NCBI GenBank assembly: GCA_027340875.1
Contig: DAIENX010000109.1
Coordinates: 1 to 24,613, forward strand
Reading direction: 5' to 3'
Length of the DNA stretch: 24,613 nt
Source of the DNA: Elusimicrobiota bacterium
Lineage (GTDB): Bacteria > Elusimicrobiota > Elusimicrobia > Elusimicrobiales > UBA9959
Program-made: the position numbers and the translations under genes
In this document: positions 8,131 through 17,475 of the stretch, one piece after another
How the letters are laid out: each line of letters starts with the position of its first letter
How positions within the stretch are numbered: position 1 is the stretch's first letter
Notes under the pieces: generated by a model
Database searches by the model: none
What the model was told of the DNA's origin: nothing
What the model saw: the letters and a program-made list of their open reading frames with translations, nothing else

Positions 8131-8188
8131 GGCCCGGCGGAGGGCTTTACGGCCTCCCGGCGCCGCGGCGCGGGAGGCCGTTCCATTT

Positions 8189-8698
8189 ATGGGCATGAAG
8201 GCTGTTCTGGGCGACATAACCGGGCTGAAGCTGGACGCCGTGGTCAACGCGGCCAACCGGACGCTGCTGGGCGGCGGGGGGGTGGACGGCGCGATACACC
8301 GCGCCGCGGGCCCGGGGCTGCGGGCCGAGTGCGCGGCGCTGGGCGGCTGTCCTGCGGGCGAGGCCAGGATAACCGGCGCCTACTGCCTGCCGGCCAGGTA
8401 CGTCATACATGCGGTGGGTCCGGTCTGGCGCGGCGGCAGGAAAGGGGAGCCGGAGCTGCTGGCTTCCTGCTACAGGAGAGCTCTGGAGCTGGCGCGGGAG
8501 AAAAAACTCAAAAGCATCGCTTTTCCCTGCATCAGCACCGGGATCTACGGCTACCCGCGTGAAGAGGCCGCGGAGATAGCGGTAACGGCCGTTAAAGAAT
8601 TCCTCTCCGGCGGATATCCGCTTTCCGTGGTCTTCTGTTGTTATTCTCCGGAGGACCTCGCCGTTTACGGGCGCCTGCTGGAGCCAGCCAGGGACTAA
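8189..8698 (+). CDS. ymdB: Macrodomain O-acetyl-ADP-ribose deacetylase (YmdB-like)
   Basis: [33 protein letters not shown] and [13 protein letters not shown] motifs. The start could be 8195. Confidence 0.92.
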   Translation: MGMKAVLGDITGLKLDAVVNAANRTLLGGGGVDGAIHRAAGPGLRAECAALGGCPAGEARITGAYCLPARYVIHAVGPVWRGGRKGEPELLASCYRRALELAREKKLKSIAFPCISTGIYGYPREEAAEIAVTAVKEFLSGGYPLSVVFCCYSPEDLAVYGRLLEPARD

Positions 8699-8840
8699 AG
8701 ACCGGGACCTCATGGGCCATGCGCCCCATGACAGCTGTTCGCGCCGCTGATAAACTCGTTTTGTGGCCGCCGCCGGGAAATTTTGAGCGCGCGGCCAAAA
8801 AGTGTAGTATTAGGACAAATCCAGATTTTCGGAGTATTAG

Positions 8841-9476
8841 ATGCCCCACACGAAGAAGCGCCCGTACAAGATCTCTCTTATTTCCACGCACGGCACCGGC
8901 AAGACCACCCTCTGCTACGAGGTGGCCGCCGAGTTGAAGAAGCGCGGCCTCAAGGTGAAGGTCTTCTCGGAGATAGCCGCGGCCGCGTTCGAGCAGGGTA
9001 TACCAATAAACGAGACCACGACGCTGCCGGCGCAGATGTACATCATGATGCAGCACATCACAGAGGAGCTGCGCGGGACGCTGCGCCACTACCAGGTGGT
9101 GGTCTGCGATAGGAGCGTCTTTGACAACCTGGTGTATCTCGAGCGCCGCTGCGGCGAGAACAGGATGCTGCGCGATTTCCTGTGCGCCTACGCCAAGACC
9201 TTCCCTTACGACGTCATCTACAAGCTGCCGATGGTGGGCGAGCTGATGGACGACGGTATCCGCGACGCGCAGAGCCGCGAGTTCCAGAAGGACATCTACG
9301 ACCGGCTGAACGCGCTGCTGGAGGAGTTCGATATCGAGCACCGCACGCTGCCGCCGCCTTCCACCGAGCTGCGCAAGGAATGGGCCGACCTGATAGTGAA
9401 CGAAACGATGGAAGCCCTGGCCCGCCCCGCCGCCGTCCCGGTCCCGGCGCCGCGCGAGAACAGCGCGGTCCATTGA
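8841..9476 (+). CDS. P-loop nucleoside/nucleotide kinase-like protein (AAA_28 / NadR-Ttd14-like)
   Basis: STHGTGKTT P-loop, VVCDRSVFDN (dNMP-kinase-type DR motif) and DDGIRD lid-like motif; GGAG RBS. Confidence 0.8.
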   Translation: MPHTKKRPYKISLISTHGTGKTTLCYEVAAELKKRGLKVKVFSEIAAAAFEQGIPINETTTLPAQMYIMMQHITEELRGTLRHYQVVVCDRSVFDNLVYLERRCGENRMLRDFLCAYAKTFPYDVIYKLPMVGELMDDGIRDAQSREFQKDIYDRLNALLEEFDIEHRTLPPPSTELRKEWADLIVNETMEALARPAAVPVPAPRENSAVH

Positions 9477-9558
9477 AGCCGGCAGGGACCTTTTTCCGCC
9501 GCCCGCATAGGCCGTAAGGCCCTTTTGCGGCGGCGGCTCCGTTTGTAGAATTAGACTG

Positions 9559-10317
9559 ATGGCCGCGTCTTTCCGTTCCATTCTTCTTTTTCTTTCCCTG
9601 GCGCTGCTGCCGCTGCAGGGGCATGCCGGCGTCTTAGGGGAGCTTTCGTCGGGCCGCTCGGCGGCCGTCCCCGTGGTCCCGTCCGCAGTTCCGGCGGAAG
9701 TCCGCGCCGCGCCGAAGCCGCATTACCTTTCGCTGGACGGCCTGGACCTCCGCGCCGTTCCCGCCCCTCCGGCCGCCGGCTCCTACGAGGACAGGGAGGA
9801 TATCCGTGCCGTTCTGGACTGGCAGGCCAGGCGCACCGGGGCGCAGTGCGCGGCGGCCCGCGCCGAGATGAGCCACGATTACGAGACCTTCTTCGGCAGG
9901 ATAAGCCCCTTCGGCTCCCCGACCCCGCCCGAGGTGAAGAAGTTCTTCGATAACGTGAGCAAGGATTCCGTGGCGGCGCACACTTTCCTGAAGGACGCGT
10001 ACCAGAGGCCGCGGCCTGCCGACAGGGACGGCCGGATCAAGCCGTGCATCCCCAACGCGCGCGGCCTCTCCTATCCGAGCGGCCACTCCGCCATGTCGCG
10101 GCTCTTCGCGCTGATACTTTCCGACCTGGTCCCTTCCCGCCGCGCCGAGTTCATGGCCAAGGCGGACGAGAGCGCGCTGCTGCGCGTCATAGGCGGGGCC
10201 CACCATCCCACCGACACCGAGGCCGGCAAGGCGCTGGCCGACGCGCTGTACAAGGAACTCAAGAAAGAACCGGCCTTCATGGCTGACATGAAGGCCCTCA
10301 AACCCCTGCTGCGCTGA
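9559..10317 (+). CDS. Secreted class A nonspecific acid phosphatase (PAP2 family)
   Basis: Signal peptide plus the three PAP2 motifs KDAYQRPRP, YPSGH and RVIGGAHHPTD. Confidence 0.9.
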   Translation: MAASFRSILLFLSLALLPLQGHAGVLGELSSGRSAAVPVVPSAVPAEVRAAPKPHYLSLDGLDLRAVPAPPAAGSYEDREDIRAVLDWQARRTGAQCAAARAEMSHDYETFFGRISPFGSPTPPEVKKFFDNVSKDSVAAHTFLKDAYQRPRPADRDGRIKPCIPNARGLSYPSGHSAMSRLFALILSDLVPSRRAEFMAKADESALLRVIGGAHHPTDTEAGKALADALYKELKKEPAFMADMKALKPLLR

Positions 10318-10405
10318 TCTTCAGATCGGCCGGCGGAGCCGCGCCCCCCTTGCGGGGGTCGCCCGCTATGGTATTGTCCGCGGCCGGGTTTTGTAGAATC
10401 AACGT

Positions 10406-12379
10406 ATGGCCAAAAAGATGAAGATAGCGATAGGGTTGGGCGGGCCCGGAGAAGCCGGAGCCGCGGCGCGCGCGGCGCTGGACCAGACGCTGCGCAAGGT
10501 GCCCAAGCCGGACCTGGCGGTGGCTTTCTCCTCGGTGCATCTGGACCAGCGCAAGGTGCACCGCGAGCTGTGCCGGCGCCTCGACCCCGCCATACTCATC
10601 GGCGGCTCGTCTTTCACCGAGATAACCAACGCCGGGGCCTCCAAGGGCACGGTGGCGCTGCTGCTGGTCTCGGGCGGGCTCAAGACCTCTCTCTTTTCCG
10701 CGGCGGCCGGCGGGGACTGCGCCAGTACGGGCAGAGACCTGGCCGCGGCTGCCGCCGGAGCCGGCGGCGACGCGGCCTTCCTGCTCAGCGCCATAACGGC
10801 GGGTTACGACCAGCTGATGGTGTCGGAGCTGGAGGCGCGCCTGAAGCTGCCGGTATTCGGCGGCCTCTCCTGCGGGGACTACGACGCGGGCATGGGCGCC
10901 CCGGCCTTCTGGCGCTGCCACCAGTACTGCGGCGGCTCGCTGGAGAAGCGCGGCGCGCGCATGGCCCTGCTGGGCCTGCCGAAGGGCGGCCGCGTCTCCT
11001 TCGCCTGCGGCCACGGCTGGGAGCCCGTAGGGGAGGCCATGACGGTCACCCGCGCCGACGGGCCCGAGGTCTACGAAGTGGACGGCATGCCGGTCATAGA
11101 CTTCTACCGCCAGTTCCTGGGCCGCGACGCAGACAGGGAGTTCTTCAAGGTGATGGTGCAGCGCTACGCTTTCGCCGTAGCCGAGGCCGGCGCGAAGGAA
11201 AGCCTGCTGAAGCTGCCGGTCAGCTGCGATTTCAGGAAGGGCTGCATAAAGTACATCCCTTCGGATGACCTATCGGGGCGTAAGGTGCGCCTTATACAGA
11301 GCAGCCGGCTGGGCATGATAGACGGCGCGCGGGCCGCGGCGAAGGAATGCCTGGCCGGGCTGCGCGGCGCCAGGCCCGACCTGGTGCTGATGGTCAGCTG
11401 CTGCACGCGCTCGCACATACTGCACAGCCGCGTGGGCGCCGAAGTGGAGACCGTGCGGGACGTTTTCGGCGCCGGCACGCCGCTGTTCGGGTTCTATTCG
11501 GCCGGCGAGATAGCGCCGTGGCATTACGGCCGCGGGCGCGGCGCCTTCTCCTCGCATTACCACGCCGGCACCGTGGCGCTGATGGCTTTGAGCTGCGGCG
11601 GCGCCGAGGCCTCGCTGCCTAAGCCGGCGAAAGCGAAGAGGTCCGCCACGGCCGCCGAGCGCGAGGCCGAGCGCATGCTGCGCGTCAGCGAGGGCTTCCT
11701 GGACACTACGGAAGGCTTCCTTTCCAACCTGAGCCGCAAGACTTACAGGGACGTGGCGCAGCTGCGGCGGCAGAGCGAGATCATCCACGCCTACACCCCC
11801 CACGGCGTGTGGAAGGAGGCCGGCGACGTGGCCGCCACCGGCGGCGACGAGCTGAAGGACGCGGAGTTCAGCGGCGTGTTCATGTTCATGGACGTGAAAG
11901 GCTTCACGCCGTACACCGAGGCGCACACCTCGGCCGAGGTGGTGAAGGCCCTCAACGAGATATTCTCTCCGGCGACGGAGCTGGTGTACGGCCACGGCGG
12001 GGACGTGGACAAGTTCATAGGCGACTGCATCTTCGCCTGCTTTCCCGGCGCAGCTTCGGCGGCGGCCGCCGCGAAGGACATACTGCTGCTTTTCCGCGGG
12101 CTCAACGCTAAGGGCAACCCGTTCAGCGTGCGCATAGGGCTCAACGACGGACGCGCCGTGCGGGCCAACGTGGGAGCGCCCGGCCGGCGCGAGTACACGT
12201 TCATCGGCGACGCCGTGAACACCGCGCAGCGCCTCGAGAGCGCCTGCGAGCCGGGCAAGGTGATGGCCTCGGCCGGAGTTTACGCCGCGGCCGGGGACGT
12301 TTTCGCCGGGGCCGAGGGGCGCTCCGTGGCGCTTAAAGGCAAGAGCCGGCCCGTGAAGGTCTTCCTCTGTTCCGTATGA
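10406..12379 (+). CDS. FIST (N+C) sensor domain fused to a class III adenylate cyclase
   Basis: FIST features (GHGWEPVG, VYEVDG.P, SCCTR, GFYSAGEI) followed by cyclase motifs FMDVKGFT, DKFIGD and YTFIGDAVNTAQRLE. Confidence 0.9.
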   Translation: MAKKMKIAIGLGGPGEAGAAARAALDQTLRKVPKPDLAVAFSSVHLDQRKVHRELCRRLDPAILIGGSSFTEITNAGASKGTVALLLVSGGLKTSLFSAAAGGDCASTGRDLAAAAAGAGGDAAFLLSAITAGYDQLMVSELEARLKLPVFGGLSCGDYDAGMGAPAFWRCHQYCGGSLEKRGARMALLGLPKGGRVSFACGHGWEPVGEAMTVTRADGPEVYEVDGMPVIDFYRQFLGRDADREFFKVMVQRYAFAVAEAGAKESLLKLPVSCDFRKGCIKYIPSDDLSGRKVRLIQSSRLGMIDGARAAAKECLAGLRGARPDLVLMVSCCTRSHILHSRVGAEVETVRDVFGAGTPLFGFYSAGEIAPWHYGRGRGAFSSHYHAGTVALMALSCGGAEASLPKPAKAKRSATAAEREAERMLRVSEGFLDTTEGFLSNLSRKTYRDVAQLRRQSEIIHAYTPHGVWKEAGDVAATGGDELKDAEFSGVFMFMDVKGFTPYTEAHTSAEVVKALNEIFSPATELVYGHGGDVDKFIGDCIFACFPGAASAAAAAKDILLLFRGLNAKGNPFSVRIGLNDGRAVRANVGAPGRREYTFIGDAVNTAQRLESACEPGKVMASAGVYAAAGDVFAGAEGRSVALKGKSRPVKVFLCSV

Positions 12380-12451
12380 GCAATGGGGGGCGCCGCGGAT
12401 GGATCCGCGGCCGTAGATCACGGCCGCGTTATTAAGGAATAACGTGCCGGC

Positions 12452-13099
12452 CTATTCGGCCTGCACGAACCAGATCTCGAAGGAGTAGCCGTCCCCGGCC
12501 TTAAGGACCCGCTTTTCCAGCGGCCCTACCTTCCCGGTCAGCAGTCTGGACTCGGTATTGTACATCCCGTTCAGCGCCGCCGCTTTAGAGCCGTACGTCC
12601 GGGAAGGGGAGAAGACCTTCGGTTCCGAGGAAGCAAGATAGCGCAGTTCGTAACGGCGGCCGGCTCCCGCGCCGGTCACGCGTATCTCGGCCACGGGCAC
12701 GCCGGCCTTGAGCAGCGAGGCTTCGGCGTTCATGGCGGCGTTGAGGGCCGCGGCGGCGGAGCCGAAGGTCTCCCTGGACAGGTACTCGGCTTGGCGCAGG
12801 GACGACAGGTAGGCTATCTCGAAAGTGTATCCCGATCCCGAACGGAGCGTCCGCTTCTCGAAGACCGGCACGCCGGTCTTCAGCAGGTTGGCCTCGGAAT
12901 TCATCATGGCGTTGACCGCCGCGGTCCGGGAGGAAAAGATCTCCGAGGAGCGGTACGTCGTCAGGCCGGCGGCCGGGGCCGGGGCCGGCATTTCCGCGCC
13001 CGTCTTCCGGATGTCCTGCGCGCGCAGGTCGGTAAGTTCCGCTGCGCGGCACTGGGAAAATAACGCCGTGGTGGCTATCAATCCTAACAGCAGCTTCAT
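12452..13099 (-). CDS. Secreted hypothetical protein with three tandem repeats of about 55 aa
   Basis: GGAGG RBS before ATG 13099, signal peptide MKLLLGLIATTALFSQCRA, and a repeat consensus S...F.S..AA.NA.MN.E..LL..GV...E.R....G.GY.FEI.Y. Confidence 0.8.
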   Translation of the reverse strand: MKLLLGLIATTALFSQCRAAELTDLRAQDIRKTGAEMPAPAPAAGLTTYRSSEIFSSRTAAVNAMMNSEANLLKTGVPVFEKRTLRSGSGYTFEIAYLSSLRQAEYLSRETFGSAAAALNAAMNAEASLLKAGVPVAEIRVTGAGAGRRYELRYLASSEPKVFSPSRTYGSKAAALNGMYNTESRLLTGKVGPLEKRVLKAGDGYSFEIWFVQAE

Positions 13100-13262
13100 C
13101 GTGGGCCTCCTGGACCGCTTACAGGGATAGTATGCCATTTCCCTTTAAGCGGCGGATGGGCCGTGTATCCCGCCCCGGCGCCGTTTTTTGGCCTATACGG
13201 GGCTGGGACTTTCCGCCCCTGCGCGCGCTCCGGGGGCGGACCTTTGAACGCTGCTGCGGATA

Positions 13263-13868
13263 TTATCGCCCGATCGCCGCGGAAACCGCCCGTATCAGCA
13301 GGTCCTGCGGGAGGGAGGGGGAGATGTTCCTGCCGGGTCTTTCCTTGAGGGCCATCTCGGTGCTGACCGGCAGGTGGATGAAGGCGAACCTGGTCTTCAG
13401 GCCGGAAACGTCTATGGCCCGCATCGCCGCGTACATCAGCGTGTTGCAGACGTAGCCGCCGGCGTGGTTGCTGACGTAGGCCGGGACGCCGGCGCGGCGC
13501 ACGGCGGCGGCGGTCTTAAGCGGGTCCACGGAGACGAAATAGGCCGCAGGCCCGTTCCCGTCGAGCTTCTTTCCGTCGGGCCGCCAGCCGGCGTTGTCCT
13601 TTATGCCGTAATCGGCGATGTTCAGGCCGAAGCGCTCCACGCGCACGGCCGCCTCTCCGGCAGCCAGCCCCAGCGAGACCGCCAGGTCGGGCTTTATCCT
13701 GGCCAGCAGGGCGGATATTTTCCCGCCCACGGCCCGTCCGCTGACGGGCAGGCGGGCCTTGAAGAGCTTCGCGCCTTTTGGCGCTTTCAATGCCGCCAGT
13801 ACGGCCAGCGTGGGGTTCTCGGAACGGCCGCCGAAGGGCTCGAAAGCGGTTACAAGTATCTTCTTCAT
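13263..13868 (-). CDS. pcp: Pyroglutamyl-peptidase I (peptidase C15)
   Basis: LVTAFEPFGG, with catalytic Glu (VERF), Cys (AGGYVCN) and His (FIHLP). Confidence 0.94.
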   Translation of the reverse strand: MKKILVTAFEPFGGRSENPTLAVLAALKAPKGAKLFKARLPVSGRAVGGKISALLARIKPDLAVSLGLAAGEAAVRVERFGLNIADYGIKDNAGWRPDGKKLDGNGPAAYFVSVDPLKTAAAVRRAGVPAYVSNHAGGYVCNTLMYAAMRAIDVSGLKTRFAFIHLPVSTEMALKERPGRNISPSLPQDLLIRAVSAAIGR

Positions 13869-13988
13869 CGGAATATTATACCCATTAGGGGAGCGCCCGG
13901 GAGTGCCGGGGCGGAAAGTATTGTATCATAGCGCGTAAGCCCTCCGCCGGGGGGCTTTCCCGCGCACTCGCGGATATCCGGGGGACCA

Positions 13989-15470
13989 ATGAAAAGAACC
14001 AGGAAAACCAGTTCCGTAAAGAACCCTCGCCCCATAGCGGCGCGCGAGGAGAAGGATTCCATGGGCGGCCTGCGCATCCCGGCCGGCGCCTACTGGGGCA
14101 TCAACTCGGCCCGCGCGGCCGCCAACTTCCCGATAAGCGGGAGGCCGGTATCCCCGGGCATCATCTCCGCCTACTGTCTGGTGAAGAAGGCCGCCGCCGC
14201 GGTGAACCGCAGGGCCGGCCGCCTGCCGGCGCGGAAGGCGTCGGCCATAGCCAGGGCGGCCGACGAGGTGCTGGCCGGCCGTTTGCGGGACCAGTTCATA
14301 GTGGACCGGTTCCAGGCCGGCGCCGGCACCAGCACTAACATGAACGTCAACGAGGTGCTCTGCAACAGGGCGCTGGAGCTGCTGGGCCTGAAGAAAGGCG
14401 CCTATGGCGCGCTTTCCCCGAACGACCACGTGAACATGGGGCAGTCCACCAACGACACGTATCCCACCGCGGCCCGTCTGGCCGCGCTCGAGGCTCTTAA
14501 GGGGTTCCGCAGGGAGGCGGACAGGCTGGCCGCCTCGCTGGCCGGCCGCGGGCGGAAGTTCGCGCGCGTGCTGAAGAGCGGCCGCACGCACCTACAGGAC
14601 GCGGTCCCGGTGCTGCTGGGACGCGAGTTCGCCGCGTACGCCGCCGCGGTGCGCTCCGGGGCGATGAACGTGGGCAGGGCGGCGGAGGACCTGAAGGAGC
14701 TGGGCATAGGCGGCTCGGCGGCGGGCACCGGCTTGAACACGCATCCTTCCTTCGCCGGGGATATGGTGCGCGAGCTGTCCAGGCTGAGCGGCTTCCGCCT
14801 GCGCGGGGCGAAAGACCTGATGCACGCGATGCAGTCCCAGGCCCCGCTGGCCAGGGTGTCCTCGGCACTGAGAGATTTCGCCGTGGAGCTGGGCCGCGTG
14901 GCCAATGACCTGCGGCTGCTGTCCTCCGGGCCGGCCACCGGCCTGGCCGAGATCCGGCTGCCCGAGGTGCAGGCCGGCAGCTCCATCATGCCCGGCAAGG
15001 TGAACCCCTCGGTGCCGGAAATGGCGAACATGGTCTGCTTCCACGCGGCCGGGCTGGACCTGAGCGTGTCTCTGGCCGCGGCGGCGGGCCAGCTGGAGCT
15101 GAACGTGATGATGCCGCTGATGGCGGAGAACCTGCTGGAGTCGATCGCGCTCCTGACCGCCGCTTGCGGGCGGCTGGCGCTGCTCTGCGTGGACGGCATC
15201 GCCGCCGACTCCGGGCGCTGCCGCGATTACGCCTGGCGCTCCATGGGCCTGGCCACGGCCCTGGCCCCTTCTATAGGCTATCTGGCCGCGGCCGGCGTGG
15301 CCAAGCGCGCGCTGGCCGCCGGCCGCAGCGTGGCCGCCCAGCTGAAGGAGGAGGGGGGGCTGGACGGGGCGGAGCTGGCGCGCCTGCTGGACCCCGCGCG
15401 CATGACCCGGCCGGCCCGGGCGCTGCGACAGAAGGCGGGAGGCGGCCGCCGTAGCAATTTGGTATCATAG
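13989..15470 (+). CDS. aspA: Aspartate ammonia-lyase (fumarase/aspartase superfamily)
   Basis: GSSIMPGKVNP signature; GAGTSTNMN and QSTNDTYPT are AspA-like rather than FumC-like; also GRTHLQDA and GQLELNVM. A class II fumarase is not excluded. Confidence 0.85.
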   Translation: MKRTRKTSSVKNPRPIAAREEKDSMGGLRIPAGAYWGINSARAAANFPISGRPVSPGIISAYCLVKKAAAAVNRRAGRLPARKASAIARAADEVLAGRLRDQFIVDRFQAGAGTSTNMNVNEVLCNRALELLGLKKGAYGALSPNDHVNMGQSTNDTYPTAARLAALEALKGFRREADRLAASLAGRGRKFARVLKSGRTHLQDAVPVLLGREFAAYAAAVRSGAMNVGRAAEDLKELGIGGSAAGTGLNTHPSFAGDMVRELSRLSGFRLRGAKDLMHAMQSQAPLARVSSALRDFAVELGRVANDLRLLSSGPATGLAEIRLPEVQAGSSIMPGKVNPSVPEMANMVCFHAAGLDLSVSLAAAAGQLELNVMMPLMAENLLESIALLTAACGRLALLCVDGIAADSGRCRDYAWRSMGLATALAPSIGYLAAAGVAKRALAAGRSVAAQLKEEGGLDGAELARLLDPARMTRPARALRQKAGGGRRSNLVS

Positions 15471-15519
15471 GAACATAGTCCCGCCGCAGGGCTATTATTT
15501 TTTTCATCCGGAAAATAAC

Positions 15520-16431
15520 ATGAAGAACACCATACTGGTAGTGGGTTCGGTAGCGCTAGATTCGGTGGAGACCATACACGGCAAGACCAAGCGCGCGCTT
15601 GGCGGCTCGGCCGTGCACTTCTCGCTCTCGGCCTCGCAGTTCAGCCCGGTCAAGATGGTCGGAGTGGTGGGGCAGGATTTTCCGGAGAAGTACCGCGGTT
15701 ACCTCGAGCGCCGCAACATCTGCCTGGAGGGCATGGAGGTCATGCCGGGCAAGACCTTCCACTGGGTGGGCCGCTACGACCGCGACTTCAAGAACGCGGA
15801 GACCATAGCCACGCACCTCAACGTCTTCGAGCATTTCAAGCCCAAGCTCAACGCCGGCCACGCCCGCTGCGGCGTGCTGTTCCTGGCCAATATCGACCCC
15901 GATCTCCAGCGCCAGGTGCTCGACCAGATGGGCAAGCCGCGCCTCGTCGCCTGCGACACGATGAACTACTGGATCAGCCTGAAGAAGCCGTCCCTGCTCA
16001 AGCTGCTCAAGCGCGTGGACATACTCTTCGTCAACGAGGAGGAGGCCCGCCAGCTCACCGGCGAGTACAACCTGATAAAGGCGGCGCGGCAGATCATGAA
16101 GATCGGCCCGCGCGGCATCATCGTCAAGCGCGGCGACGCCGGCGCGATGCTGTTCTTCAAGGACAACGTGCTCTCCATCCCCGCCCACCCGGTGGAGAGG
16201 GTGGTGGACCCCACCGGCGCCGGCGACACCTTCGCGGGCGGCTTCATGGGCTACCTCGCCGCCGCCCCGGACTGGAAGAATTTCGACGTGATCCGCCGCG
16301 CGATGAGCTACGGCACCGTGATGTCCTCCTTCAACGTAGAGGACTTCAGCACCAAGAGCGTGGGCACGATAACCAAGTCCAGGATCTGCTCCCGCTTCGA
16401 CAAGTACGTGGACGCGCTCCATATCAGATAA
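15520..16431 (+). CDS. PfkB-family carbohydrate/nucleoside kinase
   Basis: VGSVALD, LGGSA, NEEEA and DPTGAGDTFAGG motifs. It sits 15 nt upstream of add, which suggests a nucleoside substrate. Confidence 0.92.
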   Translation: MKNTILVVGSVALDSVETIHGKTKRALGGSAVHFSLSASQFSPVKMVGVVGQDFPEKYRGYLERRNICLEGMEVMPGKTFHWVGRYDRDFKNAETIATHLNVFEHFKPKLNAGHARCGVLFLANIDPDLQRQVLDQMGKPRLVACDTMNYWISLKKPSLLKLLKRVDILFVNEEEARQLTGEYNLIKAARQIMKIGPRGIIVKRGDAGAMLFFKDNVLSIPAHPVERVVDPTGAGDTFAGGFMGYLAAAPDWKNFDVIRRAMSYGTVMSSFNVEDFSTKSVGTITKSRICSRFDKYVDALHIR

Positions 16432-16446
16432 AAGCCGGCCGTCAGC

Positions 16447-17463
16447 ATGGACGAGAACGACATAGCATCCGCGCCAAAGGCGGAGCTGCACCGCCACATC
16501 GAGGGCTGCGTGCGCCTGGATACCCTGAGGGACATCCACCGCCGCGCCGGCCTGCGGCTGCCTTCCGAGGACCCCGCCGAGCTGGACCGCATCTACCGCC
16601 TCCGCGCCCCGGGCGCCTCGCTGGCCGAGGTGCTGGGGATGTTCACGCTGGCGCAGGCCTGCTTCGTCTCGTACGAGGACGTGGAGCGCATAACCCGCGA
16701 GGCCCTCGAGGACGCGTACAGGAAGGAGAACGTACGGCTGCTGGAGCTGCGGTACAGCCCGGACTTCATGCTGGGCGGCAGGGGCCTGGACTGGCAGAAG
16801 GCGCACGACATCATAGTCTCCGTCTGCGAGAACTTCGAGAAGAGCTCGCGCATGGTCTGCGGCGTTATACTTATCGCCTCGCGCGGCTACGGCCTGGAGT
16901 CGGCTGAAAAGACCGCGGACTTCGCCGCGAAGAACAGGAGGAGCGTGATAGGCTTCGACCTGGCGGACGACGAAGCCGGTCACCCCTCCAGGCTTTTCCG
17001 CGGCGTGGCCGCCAGGCTGCGCTCCTTCGGCATACCGCTCACGGTGCATTCGGGCGAGGAGGGGCATTACTCGCAGATAGAGGAGACGCTGCGGGAGCTG
17101 GCTCCCGAGCGCATCGGCCACGGGGTAAAGGCGGCCGAAGACCCCGCCGGCCGCGTGATAGAGCTCCTGAAGAGCGGAGGCGTGACGGTGGAGACCAACC
17201 CGTGGAGCAACTACCTTACCCGCGCCGTCCCTTCCGTGGAGGCGCATCCGCTGAAGAAGTTCATAGAGGCCGGGGTGAAATGCTCCATAGGCGCGGACGA
17301 TCCGGAGATACTGGCCACTGACCTGAACAACGAGTACCAGCTTTCGCTGGGCCGCATGGGCCTGTCCGCCGCGGACATCGGCTACACGCTCCGCTGCGCG
17401 GTGGAGGGCTCCTTCCTCAGCCCCGACAGGCGCGCCCAGGCGGCCCGGGAACTGGGGCTGTGA
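16447..17463 (+). CDS. add: Adenosine deaminase
   Basis: PKAELHRHIEG, ELRYSP, TVHSGE, RIGHG, SNY and ADDP metal-binding and catalytic motifs. Confidence 0.92.
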   Translation: MDENDIASAPKAELHRHIEGCVRLDTLRDIHRRAGLRLPSEDPAELDRIYRLRAPGASLAEVLGMFTLAQACFVSYEDVERITREALEDAYRKENVRLLELRYSPDFMLGGRGLDWQKAHDIIVSVCENFEKSSRMVCGVILIASRGYGLESAEKTADFAAKNRRSVIGFDLADDEAGHPSRLFRGVAARLRSFGIPLTVHSGEEGHYSQIEETLRELAPERIGHGVKAAEDPAGRVIELLKSGGVTVETNPWSNYLTRAVPSVEAHPLKKFIEAGVKCSIGADDPEILATDLNNEYQLSLGRMGLSAADIGYTLRCAVEGSFLSPDRRAQAARELGL

Positions 17464-17475
17464 ACCTTTCCCGTG

